This document shows, piece by piece, positions 16,720-23,792 of a stretch of 32,016 nucleotides of DNA. The first letter of the stretch is position 1, and each line of letters begins with the position of its first letter. The stretch lies in the IMG/VR virus record IMGVR_UViG_2541047849_000007. One strand, 5' to 3'. The stretch is from a virus (lineage: Duplodnaviria; Heunggongvirae; Uroviricota; Caudoviricetes). Below the pieces are notes generated by a model. It had not been told where the DNA came from. It was given only the letters and a program-made list of their open reading frames with translations, and made no database searches. The position numbers and the translations under genes are program-made.

Positions 16720-17178
16720 ATGGCTTCCGATAACCTGGTCAGTGTCACCATTAATGATAAATCCCTGCGCCGGAGCCTCCGTGCGCTGGATCTGGCTGCC
16801 ACAGACATGGAGCCTGCGATGCGCAAAATCGCCGGAACCCTGCTGGCGGAAACACAGTTTAACTTTCTTGATGAGGGGCGTCCGGGGTGGATGCCCTCGC
16901 TGGCAGCGGAAGAACGTAACGGACAGACACTGCAGGATACCGGGCGTCTGATGGGGTCAGTATCAACCGAGCATGACGACCGGCAGGCTGTTGTGGGGAC
17001 CAACGTTGTTTACGGTGCCATTCACCAGTTCGGGGGTAAAACGGGGCGTAATGAGTCTGTTGAACTTCCGGCCCGCCCGTTCCTGCCGGTGACGGAGGAT
17101 GGAGAGCTACAGCCTGAAGTGGTAGTCCCCATCCTCGATACCATTGTCCGCCATCTTGAAGCAGCGGCCCGTCGCTGA
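16720..17178 (+). CDS. Virion morphogenesis protein (Mu G-like)
   Basis: 152 aa; position and size match Mu G. GAGAGGA RBS. Confidence 0.65.
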   Translation: MASDNLVSVTINDKSLRRSLRALDLAATDMEPAMRKIAGTLLAETQFNFLDEGRPGWMPSLAAEERNGQTLQDTGRLMGSVSTEHDDRQAVVGTNVVYGAIHQFGGKTGRNESVELPARPFLPVTEDGELQPEVVVPILDTIVRHLEAAARR

Positions 17179-17318
17179 GTTTTCTCTCTTCAGGCGGGTG
17201 ATTTATCATTGCCAGCGAATGAGGGGCTGTATTACCTTTATAAAGGCTTTACAGCCTCTGTTTTATAACTGCCTCCGGTTCACCACATTGCTTTCCCTGT
17301 CCTTCTCCCCTGATGTTT

Positions 17319-17337
17319 TCTAAAGCAGATTAAAATC
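17319..17337 (+). promoter_or_regulatory. Candidate late promoter motif, copy 2 (upstream of I; weaker match)
   Basis: TCTAAA-gcag-ATTAAAATC about 55 nt upstream of ATG 17393. One base shorter than the other copies. Confidence 0.3.
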
Positions 17338-17392
17338 GCCGGGCCCGCATTTCTCACAAACTGTCTCCGACAACATAACGCGGGACAGCAAA

Positions 17393-18508
17393 ATGTCAGC
17401 CATTCACATTTTTAAAGCCGGTACTCATACCGATATGCACGGCAAAAAACTGCCGTTCACGCCAGACGATCTTGCCGCCTGCGTGAAAGCCTATGACCCG
17501 TCCGTCCATGAAGCACCACTCGTGATTGGTCATCCCAGAACGGAAGACCCGGCGTGGGGCTGGGTGAAAGCCCTGTCGCTCAGCGGCGTCGATCTGATGG
17601 CAGAGCCTGCCCAGCTGGACCCGCAGTTTGCTGAGATGGTCACCGACGGACGATTCAAAAAAGTGTCTGCCTCTTTCTACCTCCCGGATTCACCGTCCAA
17701 TCCGAAGCCCGGCGTGCTCTACCTGCGCCATGTGGGCTTTCTTGGGGCACAGCCACCTTCCGTCAAAGGACTGAAACAGGTGTCCTTCAGTGAGCAGGAA
17801 GAAGGTGTGGTGGAGTTCGCCGACTGGCAGGCCATCACGAATGCCTCACTGTGGGGAAAGCTGCGCGATTTTCTGATCGCCCGCTTCAGTCTGGACGAAG
17901 CAGAAAAAGTTCTGCCGGAATGGCAGCTCAACAGTCTGCGCGAAGAGGCGTACCGCGACACACCGTCGCAGGATGCAGCAGGTGCGCAATTCAGTGAGAC
18001 AGGCCAGGTGCCGTCTTCCGCAAGTAACGAGGAATCATCGATGACAAAAGAAGAGATTGAAGCCCTTCAGGCGGAGAACCGCCGCCTGAAGCAGCAGGCT
18101 GCTGATCGCGATGCGCGTGATGCACAGGTCAGACAGGAGCAACTGCATAAGGACAATGTGGCCTTTGCAGAAAAACTGGTCGCAGAGGGCCGTCTGGCTC
18201 CCCGCGCCTCCTCCGTGGTGGTTGCCCTGCTGGATGCCGTCGCCGGTGGCGACAAGCCGGTGGAGTTTGCTGAGGGGGAAAGCCGCACACCGCTGGCCAC
18301 CGCCTTCCGTTCGCTGCTCTCCGACGGGGAGCCGGTGATGAACTTCGCCGAACAGGCCACGAAGGAGCGTGTCGGCGACACGGTGAAAGTGGATGTGACG
18401 GAGTTTGCAGAAGCCGACCCTGACCGTCTGGCACTGCACCAGAAGGCTGTGGAACTGTCGAAAAAAGAAGGCATCAGCTATGAGGCTGCTGTCACACGCT
18501 GCCTGTAA
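17393..18508 (+). CDS. Head protease/scaffold protein (Mu I-like)
   Basis: 371 aa with a coiled-coil, acidic C-terminal half (scaffold-like). Located between the G-like and major capsid genes as in Mu. Confidence 0.75.
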   Translation: MSAIHIFKAGTHTDMHGKKLPFTPDDLAACVKAYDPSVHEAPLVIGHPRTEDPAWGWVKALSLSGVDLMAEPAQLDPQFAEMVTDGRFKKVSASFYLPDSPSNPKPGVLYLRHVGFLGAQPPSVKGLKQVSFSEQEEGVVEFADWQAITNASLWGKLRDFLIARFSLDEAEKVLPEWQLNSLREEAYRDTPSQDAAGAQFSETGQVPSSASNEESSMTKEEIEALQAENRRLKQQAADRDARDAQVRQEQLHKDNVAFAEKLVAEGRLAPRASSVVVALLDAVAGGDKPVEFAEGESRTPLATAFRSLLSDGEPVMNFAEQATKERVGDTVKVDVTEFAEADPDRLALHQKAVELSKKEGISYEAAVTRCL

Positions 18509-18517
18509 GGAGAAAGC

Positions 18518-19471
18518 ATGTCTGATTACTTAAAAAATAAACGCGTTGTTGATCCTGTTATGACCAGCATCGCGCGTGGCTACAGGAATGCAGCCTTCAT
18601 CGGAGAACATATATTTCCGGTTGTGTATACGGACAGAGAAGCGGTAACGGTCCCCGTTTTCGGGAGATCAGCGTTTGTGGAAGTTGATACCGTCCGTGCT
18701 GTGGGGGCAGACAGTAATGTTCTGATCAGGGAAAAGAGCAGTACGCTGGATCTGGTGTTGCATGAGCACGATCTTGCTGCACCTGTGGACTACCGTGAAC
18801 AGACGGAGTCAATGTTCAACGAAGAGGCCAAGGCAATCCGGCGGGTGACAAATGGCATTCATCTTCGCCGTGAGCTTATTGCTGCCCGTCTTGCGCAGGA
18901 CAAAAAAGTGTACCCGGCATCTTCGGTAAAGACGATGACGTCTGTTGAACGCTGGGAAGGAGGCCATGGTGATCCTGTTGAGGTCATTGAGGGAGGCATT
19001 GAAGCTGTGCGAAGTAAGATCGGGGTCAGACCCAATCTGATGGTCATGGGAGCCAGTGTGATGCCCCTGCTGAGATATCATCCAGCCATCACCACTGCTC
19101 TGGGACTTAATGAGAGAAAACGGATCACCCCGCAAATCCTCAGGGAGCTTTTTGGTCTGGACAAGGTCATTGTGGGTGAGCCTGTTTCCATGGCATCCAT
19201 GACTGATGCAGGCAACCGGAACAAATATCCGGTGGACATCTGGGGAGATAATCTCATGCTCTTCTATGTCACTCCACCGCGAGAAGGTGCCGAAAGTGCC
19301 GACGAAAATGAACCATCGTTCGGGTATACCCTGCGACGTAAGGGGATGCCGGTGGCAGATAAATACGATGGAGTGGGCGGAAAGGTGAAGTACTGCCGTT
19401 ATACCGACATCTATAAGGTGGCGGTCGTGGGCGGGGATGCCGGTTATCTCGTTACAAATATAGTGAAGTAA
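18518..19471 (+). CDS. Major capsid protein (Mu T-like)
   Basis: 317 aa with a strong RBS (AAGGAGA), following the protease/scaffold gene. Confidence 0.8.
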   Translation: MSDYLKNKRVVDPVMTSIARGYRNAAFIGEHIFPVVYTDREAVTVPVFGRSAFVEVDTVRAVGADSNVLIREKSSTLDLVLHEHDLAAPVDYREQTESMFNEEAKAIRRVTNGIHLRRELIAARLAQDKKVYPASSVKTMTSVERWEGGHGDPVEVIEGGIEAVRSKIGVRPNLMVMGASVMPLLRYHPAITTALGLNERKRITPQILRELFGLDKVIVGEPVSMASMTDAGNRNKYPVDIWGDNLMLFYVTPPREGAESADENEPSFGYTLRRKGMPVADKYDGVGGKVKYCRYTDIYKVAVVGGDAGYLVTNIVK

Positions 19472-19481
19472 GGAGAAGTCT

Positions 19482-19817
19482 ATGACTACACAGCAGGTCA
19501 CTCTGACCATGACAGTCACAGCCAGTACTGCACTTACTCAGCAGAGGTTTGTGGGAGCAGATAACGGCGCATGTAAGCAGGGTGCCGTTGCCGTCGGTGT
19601 CGCCCAGGTGGATGCCCGTGCAGGTGATCTGACCCCGGTGAGTGTGACCGGGATCCTTGCAGTTGAAACGGGAGCGGCAGTTTCCAGAGGGGCACTGGTA
19701 CAGTCTGATGCCAAATCAAGGGCTGTTCCTCAGGCTGACAGTGGTAAATCCTGTGGCATTGCACTGGATGAGGCAAAGGCCGAAGGCGACATCATCCGTA
19801 TCCTGCGCGGGGTGTGA
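19482..19817 (+). CDS. Hypothetical head-associated protein (111 aa)
   Basis: AAGGAG RBS. Ala/Gly/Val-rich. Position after the major capsid gene suggests a decoration or head-completion role. Confidence 0.5.
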   Translation: MTTQQVTLTMTVTASTALTQQRFVGADNGACKQGAVAVGVAQVDARAGDLTPVSVTGILAVETGAAVSRGALVQSDAKSRAVPQADSGKSCGIALDEAKAEGDIIRILRGV

Positions 19818-19818
19818 G

Positions 19819-20265
19819 ATGTACTGCACCCTGGAGGATTTGCTTGCGCAGGTGCCGGAACGAACGCTGATCGAGCTCACCAGTGAAGATATGGACTTCG
19901 ACTCGCCTGCAACAGTGAATACCCGTGTGGTGGACAGCTGTATCCGCTATGCCGACGAGCTGATTGATGCCCATCTGCGCGGACGCTATATCCTGCCGCT
20001 GGCGGAGATACCGACCGTTCTGCGGGACATTGCCATCACGCTGGTCCGTTACCGGCTCTACGCCCGCCGCCCGGAAGGTGACCTCCCGGATACGGTGAAG
20101 GATGACCACAAAGAAGCGCTGCGGCAACTCAGGGAGTTACGTGATAACAGGCTCACGCTGGGGCTGCCGTCCACTCAGAAAGATGTGCCTGAGCCAGGAG
20201 AGTTTCGTGTACGCAGTCGCCCGGCCACTTTCGGCGGTCGTGACGGTTTACTGGAGAAATACTGA
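19819..20265 (+). CDS. Head-tail connector/completion protein (Mu gp36-like, DUF1320)
   Basis: 148 aa from ATG 19819; size and position fit Mu gp36. Confidence 0.55.
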   Translation: MYCTLEDLLAQVPERTLIELTSEDMDFDSPATVNTRVVDSCIRYADELIDAHLRGRYILPLAEIPTVLRDIAITLVRYRLYARRPEGDLPDTVKDDHKEALRQLRELRDNRLTLGLPSTQKDVPEPGEFRVRSRPATFGGRDGLLEKY

Positions 20266-20729
20266 TGAACGTTCTGCCCGTCCTTGATGCGGTACTGGCC
20301 CGGTTACGCGAGAACCTGCCGCAACTGCAGGTGGAGTACTTCCCGGAGAAACCGGCTGAATATCGCCTGAACCATCCGGTTGGCGCGTTGCTGCTGAGCT
20401 ATGCCGGTTCGCGCTTTGACAGGCCGGATGATACCGGTGCGGTGATCCAGCCTCAGACTATCCAGCTCTGCGTCACGGTGGTCTTCCGCCAGCTCAACGG
20501 TAAAAAAGGGGCGATTAATGTCCTGGATGCTGTCCGCCGCATTCTCGGTGGCTACACCCCGCCCGGCTGCCGCCGTCGTATCTGGCTGACCCGCGAGGTG
20601 TTTATCGGTGAAGTCAGGGGGCTGTGGCAATACGCCCTCGACTTCGCGACTGAAAGCGTCTTTATCGAAGACAGCGATTTACCGTCCGGCCCGCTGTTAA
20701 CCGAAGTGAACTATGAGGAAAGCGAGTGA
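20265..20729 (+). CDS. Mu gp37-like protein (DUF1834)
   Basis: 154 aa; ATG overlaps the upstream stop. Position fits Mu gp37. Confidence 0.55.
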   Translation: MNVLPVLDAVLARLRENLPQLQVEYFPEKPAEYRLNHPVGALLLSYAGSRFDRPDDTGAVIQPQTIQLCVTVVFRQLNGKKGAINVLDAVRRILGGYTPPGCRRRIWLTREVFIGEVRGLWQYALDFATESVFIEDSDLPSGPLLTEVNYEESE

Positions 20730-20980
20730 TGAAAGCATACCGCTATTCCGGCCCGGCCAGCGGCGTCACGCTGTCGGACGGAACCGAAATCCTGCTCTGG
20801 CCGGGGAAGACGTTTTCCCTGCCGGAGGAGCATGACTACGTGAAGGTACTGGTGGCGCTGAAACATCTGACGCCGGTACCTGAAGAGACTAAACTCGCCG
20901 GCACACCGGCTGTGCAGTCACCAAAGCGCAGAAGCAGCAGTGACAGCGAAGTGAAAACGGAGGACACCCATGGCAGCTAA
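20729..20980 (+). CDS. Hypothetical protein (about 83 aa)
   Basis: ATG 20729 overlaps the upstream stop (TGATG); GAGGAA RBS. The track begins 3 nt earlier at a GTG. Confidence 0.5.
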   Translation: MKAYRYSGPASGVTLSDGTEILLWPGKTFSLPEEHDYVKVLVALKHLTPVPEETKLAGTPAVQSPKRRSSSDSEVKTEDTHGS

Positions 20981-22397
20981 CTATCTGCATGGTCCCGAAA
21001 CCATTGAGGTGGAAAACGGTGCCCGCCCGGTTAAAACGGTGAAATCTGCCGTTATTGGCCTGATTGGTACCGCCCCGATGGGGGACGTCAATACGCTGGT
21101 ACAGTGCCTGTCTGAGAAAGACGCAGCGGCATTTGGCAGCCAGTTCACCGGCTTTACCATTCCGCAGGCGCTGGATGCGATTTATGACCATGGTGCAGGC
21201 ACCGTTCTGGTCATTAACGTCCTCGACCCGGCGAAACATAAAACGGCGATCCAGGGTGAAGTGGTTACCTTTGACAAATCGACAGGGCAGGCCAGACTTG
21301 CGCATCCGGTTGTCGCTAATGTGGTGGTGAAAAACAGTGAAGGCAGCACCACCCACACGGCGAACACGGACTACCGTGTTGATGCGCAGGCGGGTGTGCT
21401 CACGAACCTGGGCAAGGCTATTGAGGCCGGTGGCAGCGTGAAGGTGAGCTATGAGTACGCGGACCCGTCGAAGGTGACTGCGGCGGACATCATCGGCGGG
21501 GTGAACAGCGCCGGAAACCGAACCGGCATGAAGCTGCTTAACGACAGCTTCAACCTGTACGGCTATTTTGCCAAAATTCTGATTGCGCCGGTGTTCTGCA
21601 CCCAGAAGAGTGTAGCAGTTGAGCTTATCGCCATGACAGAGAAGCTGGGCGCGGTAACCTACATTGATGCGCCTGTCGGTACCACCTTTGCACAGGCTCT
21701 GGCAGGTCGTGGCCCGGAAGGCACCATTAACTTCAATACCAGCTCCGACCGCGTCCGTCTGTGCTATCCGCATGTGAAGGTATATGACCCGGTGACAAAC
21801 ACGGAGCGTCTGGAGCCGCTCAGCCAGCGTGCAGCAGGTCTGCGTGCCAGAGTCGATCTGGACAAGGGCTACTGGTGGTCATCCTCCAATCAGGAGATTC
21901 TGGGGATCACCGGCGTGGAGCGCCAGCTGTCCGCGATGATTGATGACCCGCAGAGTGAGGTGAACCTGCTTAACGAACAGGGGATCACCACGGTATTCAG
22001 CAGTTACGGCAGCGGCCTTCGTCTGTGGGGTAACCGGACGGCAGCATGGCCAACGGTCACCCATATGCGTAACTTTGAGAACGTTCGCCGCACCGGTGAT
22101 GTGATCAACGAGTCCATTCGTTATTTCAGCCAGCAGTACATCGACATGCCGATTACTCAGGCGCTGATTGATGCACTGACGGAGTCGGTCAACGCCTACG
22201 GTCGCAAAATGACTGGTGATGGTGCGGTACTGGGCTTCCGTTGCTGGTTTGATCCGGCCCGCAATCCGGAGACGGAGCTGGCCGCCGGGCACCTGTTGCT
22301 GAGCTACAAATATACGCCACCACCGCCGCTGGAGCGACTGACGTTTGAGACTGAGATCACCTCGGAATACCTGTTAACCCTGAAAGGGGGCAACTGA
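20970..22397 (+). CDS. Tail sheath protein
   Basis: 475 aa with a GGAGGA RBS, immediately upstream of the tube gene. Size and position fit contractile-tail sheath (Mu L / P2 FI). Confidence 0.85.
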   Translation: MAANYLHGPETIEVENGARPVKTVKSAVIGLIGTAPMGDVNTLVQCLSEKDAAAFGSQFTGFTIPQALDAIYDHGAGTVLVINVLDPAKHKTAIQGEVVTFDKSTGQARLAHPVVANVVVKNSEGSTTHTANTDYRVDAQAGVLTNLGKAIEAGGSVKVSYEYADPSKVTAADIIGGVNSAGNRTGMKLLNDSFNLYGYFAKILIAPVFCTQKSVAVELIAMTEKLGAVTYIDAPVGTTFAQALAGRGPEGTINFNTSSDRVRLCYPHVKVYDPVTNTERLEPLSQRAAGLRARVDLDKGYWWSSSNQEILGITGVERQLSAMIDDPQSEVNLLNEQGITTVFSSYGSGLRLWGNRTAAWPTVTHMRNFENVRRTGDVINESIRYFSQQYIDMPITQALIDALTESVNAYGRKMTGDGAVLGFRCWFDPARNPETELAAGHLLLSYKYTPPPPLERLTFETEITSEYLLTLKGGN

Positions 22398-22918
22398 TGT
22401 CAAAGATTGAGATAAACCGCATCACGAATGCCAACATCTATCTGGATGGTACTAACCTGCTGGGACGGGCTGAGGAAGTTAAACTCCCCGATGTCTCCAT
22501 GATTATGCAGGAACACAAGGCGCTGGGGATGGTGGGTAAGGTGGAACTCCCGGCTGGTTTTGACAAACTGGAAGGCGAAATCAAATGGAACAGCTTTTAC
22601 CGCGATGCGATGCTGTCTGCCGCGAACCCGTACAGGTCGCTGGCACTGCAGTGTCGTTCCAGCGTCCAGCGCTACAGCTCGCAGGGGCTGATTGACGAAA
22701 TCCCGCTGGTCACCTTCCTGACGATTATGTTCAAGAAGAACCCGCTGGGGACGTTCAAACAGCACGAGAACGCCGAGTTCTCCAGTAGCTTCACATGCAC
22801 GTATATCAGACAGGTACTGGATGGTGAAGAGCTGCTGCAACTGGACTATCTGGCCAACATCTTCCGGGTCGGCGGTGTTGATCAACTGACTGACTACCGT
22901 ATCAATATCGGGGGCTGA
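22397..22918 (+). CDS. Tail tube protein
   Basis: 173 aa directly after the sheath gene; fits Mu M / P2 FII. Confidence 0.8.
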   Translation: MSKIEINRITNANIYLDGTNLLGRAEEVKLPDVSMIMQEHKALGMVGKVELPAGFDKLEGEIKWNSFYRDAMLSAANPYRSLALQCRSSVQRYSSQGLIDEIPLVTFLTIMFKKNPLGTFKQHENAEFSSSFTCTYIRQVLDGEELLQLDYLANIFRVGGVDQLTDYRINIGG

Positions 22919-22920
22919 CG

Positions 22921-23202
22921 GTGAGTGTTGAACTGACGGATAAAGGAGGACGATGTGCGGCACTGGGCATGTCAAATGGTACGTGGTTTACCCTCCTTGA
23001 TATTCCGGGGGTGGAAACCCTTTTTAATACCCGTAAAACCAATGACCCGATTGACTGCACACGTTCAAAGGCCCGCAGACTGGCGGATTTGATTGAAGCA
23101 TGGGAGCCTCCCGACCACTGGTTCTCCGGCACCGGCAAATCTGAGGGAAAGACGCTTCTCATCGCTTTCCTGCGTAACTGCAAGGGGTTTCGCACTTGCT
23201 GA
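22921..23202 (+). CDS. Hypothetical protein (non-ATG start; uncertain)
   Basis: Track ORF starts at GTG 22921, 2 nt after the tube stop. The first in-frame ATG (22969) has no well-spaced RBS. Confidence 0.3.
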   Translation: MSVELTDKGGRCAALGMSNGTWFTLLDIPGVETLFNTRKTNDPIDCTRSKARRLADLIEAWEPPDHWFSGTGKSEGKTLLIAFLRNCKGFRTC

Positions 23203-23209
23203 CATCACA

Positions 23210-23234
23210 GGGGCTCCGGCCCCTTCTTCTTAAT
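23210..23234 (+). terminator. Putative partial terminator after the sheath/tube unit
   Basis: AGGGGC-tccg-GCCCCT hairpin followed by TCTTCTTAATCT. Confidence 0.4.
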
Positions 23235-23248
23235 CTCCTTTAATATCC
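23227..23248 (+). promoter_or_regulatory. Candidate late promoter motif, copy 3 (upstream of tail chaperone/TMP)
   Basis: CTTCTTAA-tctc-CTTTAATATC, identical outside the 4-nt spacer to the copy at 29577. About 51 nt upstream of ATG 23300. No recognisable -35. Confidence 0.45.
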
Positions 23249-23299
23249 GTCACGCGCTTCTCCCGACATACTGCCCTGAACTTACACAGGAGCACAATC

Positions 23300-23635
23300 A
23301 TGTCACAGACCCCATCCGATACTTTTAAATTGTCTTATCCCTTCACCACTGCTGCAGGCACCAGAATTGAGCTGGTTGAACTGAAACGCCTGACGGTAAA
23401 AGACCTGAAGCAGGTGCGCAAAATCAGCAAAAACCCGGCAGACTGGGACGAACCGCTGATTGCCCGCAGTACTGGTCTTCTCCCGGAAGATCTCGACAAT
23501 ATGGATCTGGCTGATTACCTGCAGTTACAGAAACGATTTCAGCTCATCACGGGGATGGGTGAGAGCGACAAAGGCGCTGACGCAGGCGCAGGGGCTGCTG
23601 GCGAGATGGTTCCGGTTTCAGCCGGGGGAGATTGA
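23300..23635 (+). CDS. Tail assembly chaperone (P2 E-like)
   Basis: 111 aa between the tube and tape measure genes. Gly/Ala-rich C-terminus ending in a G-run next to its stop. Confidence 0.6.
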   Translation: MSQTPSDTFKLSYPFTTAAGTRIELVELKRLTVKDLKQVRKISKNPADWDEPLIARSTGLLPEDLDNMDLADYLQLQKRFQLITGMGESDKGADAGAGAAGEMVPVSAGGD

Positions 23636-23717
23636 TGCCCTCGATACTGACGATCTGGAGATGTGGCTGGAGCAGGCTGAAGAGCAAATAAAAAGCGAGT
23701 ACGGCGACAAATCATAG
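23300..23717 (+). CDS. Predicted frameshift-extended tail chaperone (requires a +1 shift near 23624-23630)
   Basis: A protein-like +1 frame (ARWFRFQPGEIDALDTDDLEMWLEQAEEQIKSEYGDKS) is open across the 3' end of the chaperone ORF and stops at 23717. The -1 frame is also open but reads as Arg/Trp-rich junk. Confidence 0.4.
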
Positions 23718-23792
23718 TACAGACAGCCGCCAGTAGCGGCTGTTCTGCGTTATCCCCTCACGTCTTTTCACCTTCCCCGGAGGTTAACCACT

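Noticed and set aside
20889-21773. 294-aa ORF on the minus strand
   Set aside because: Antisense within the tail sheath gene; composition typical of a GC-rich shadow frame.
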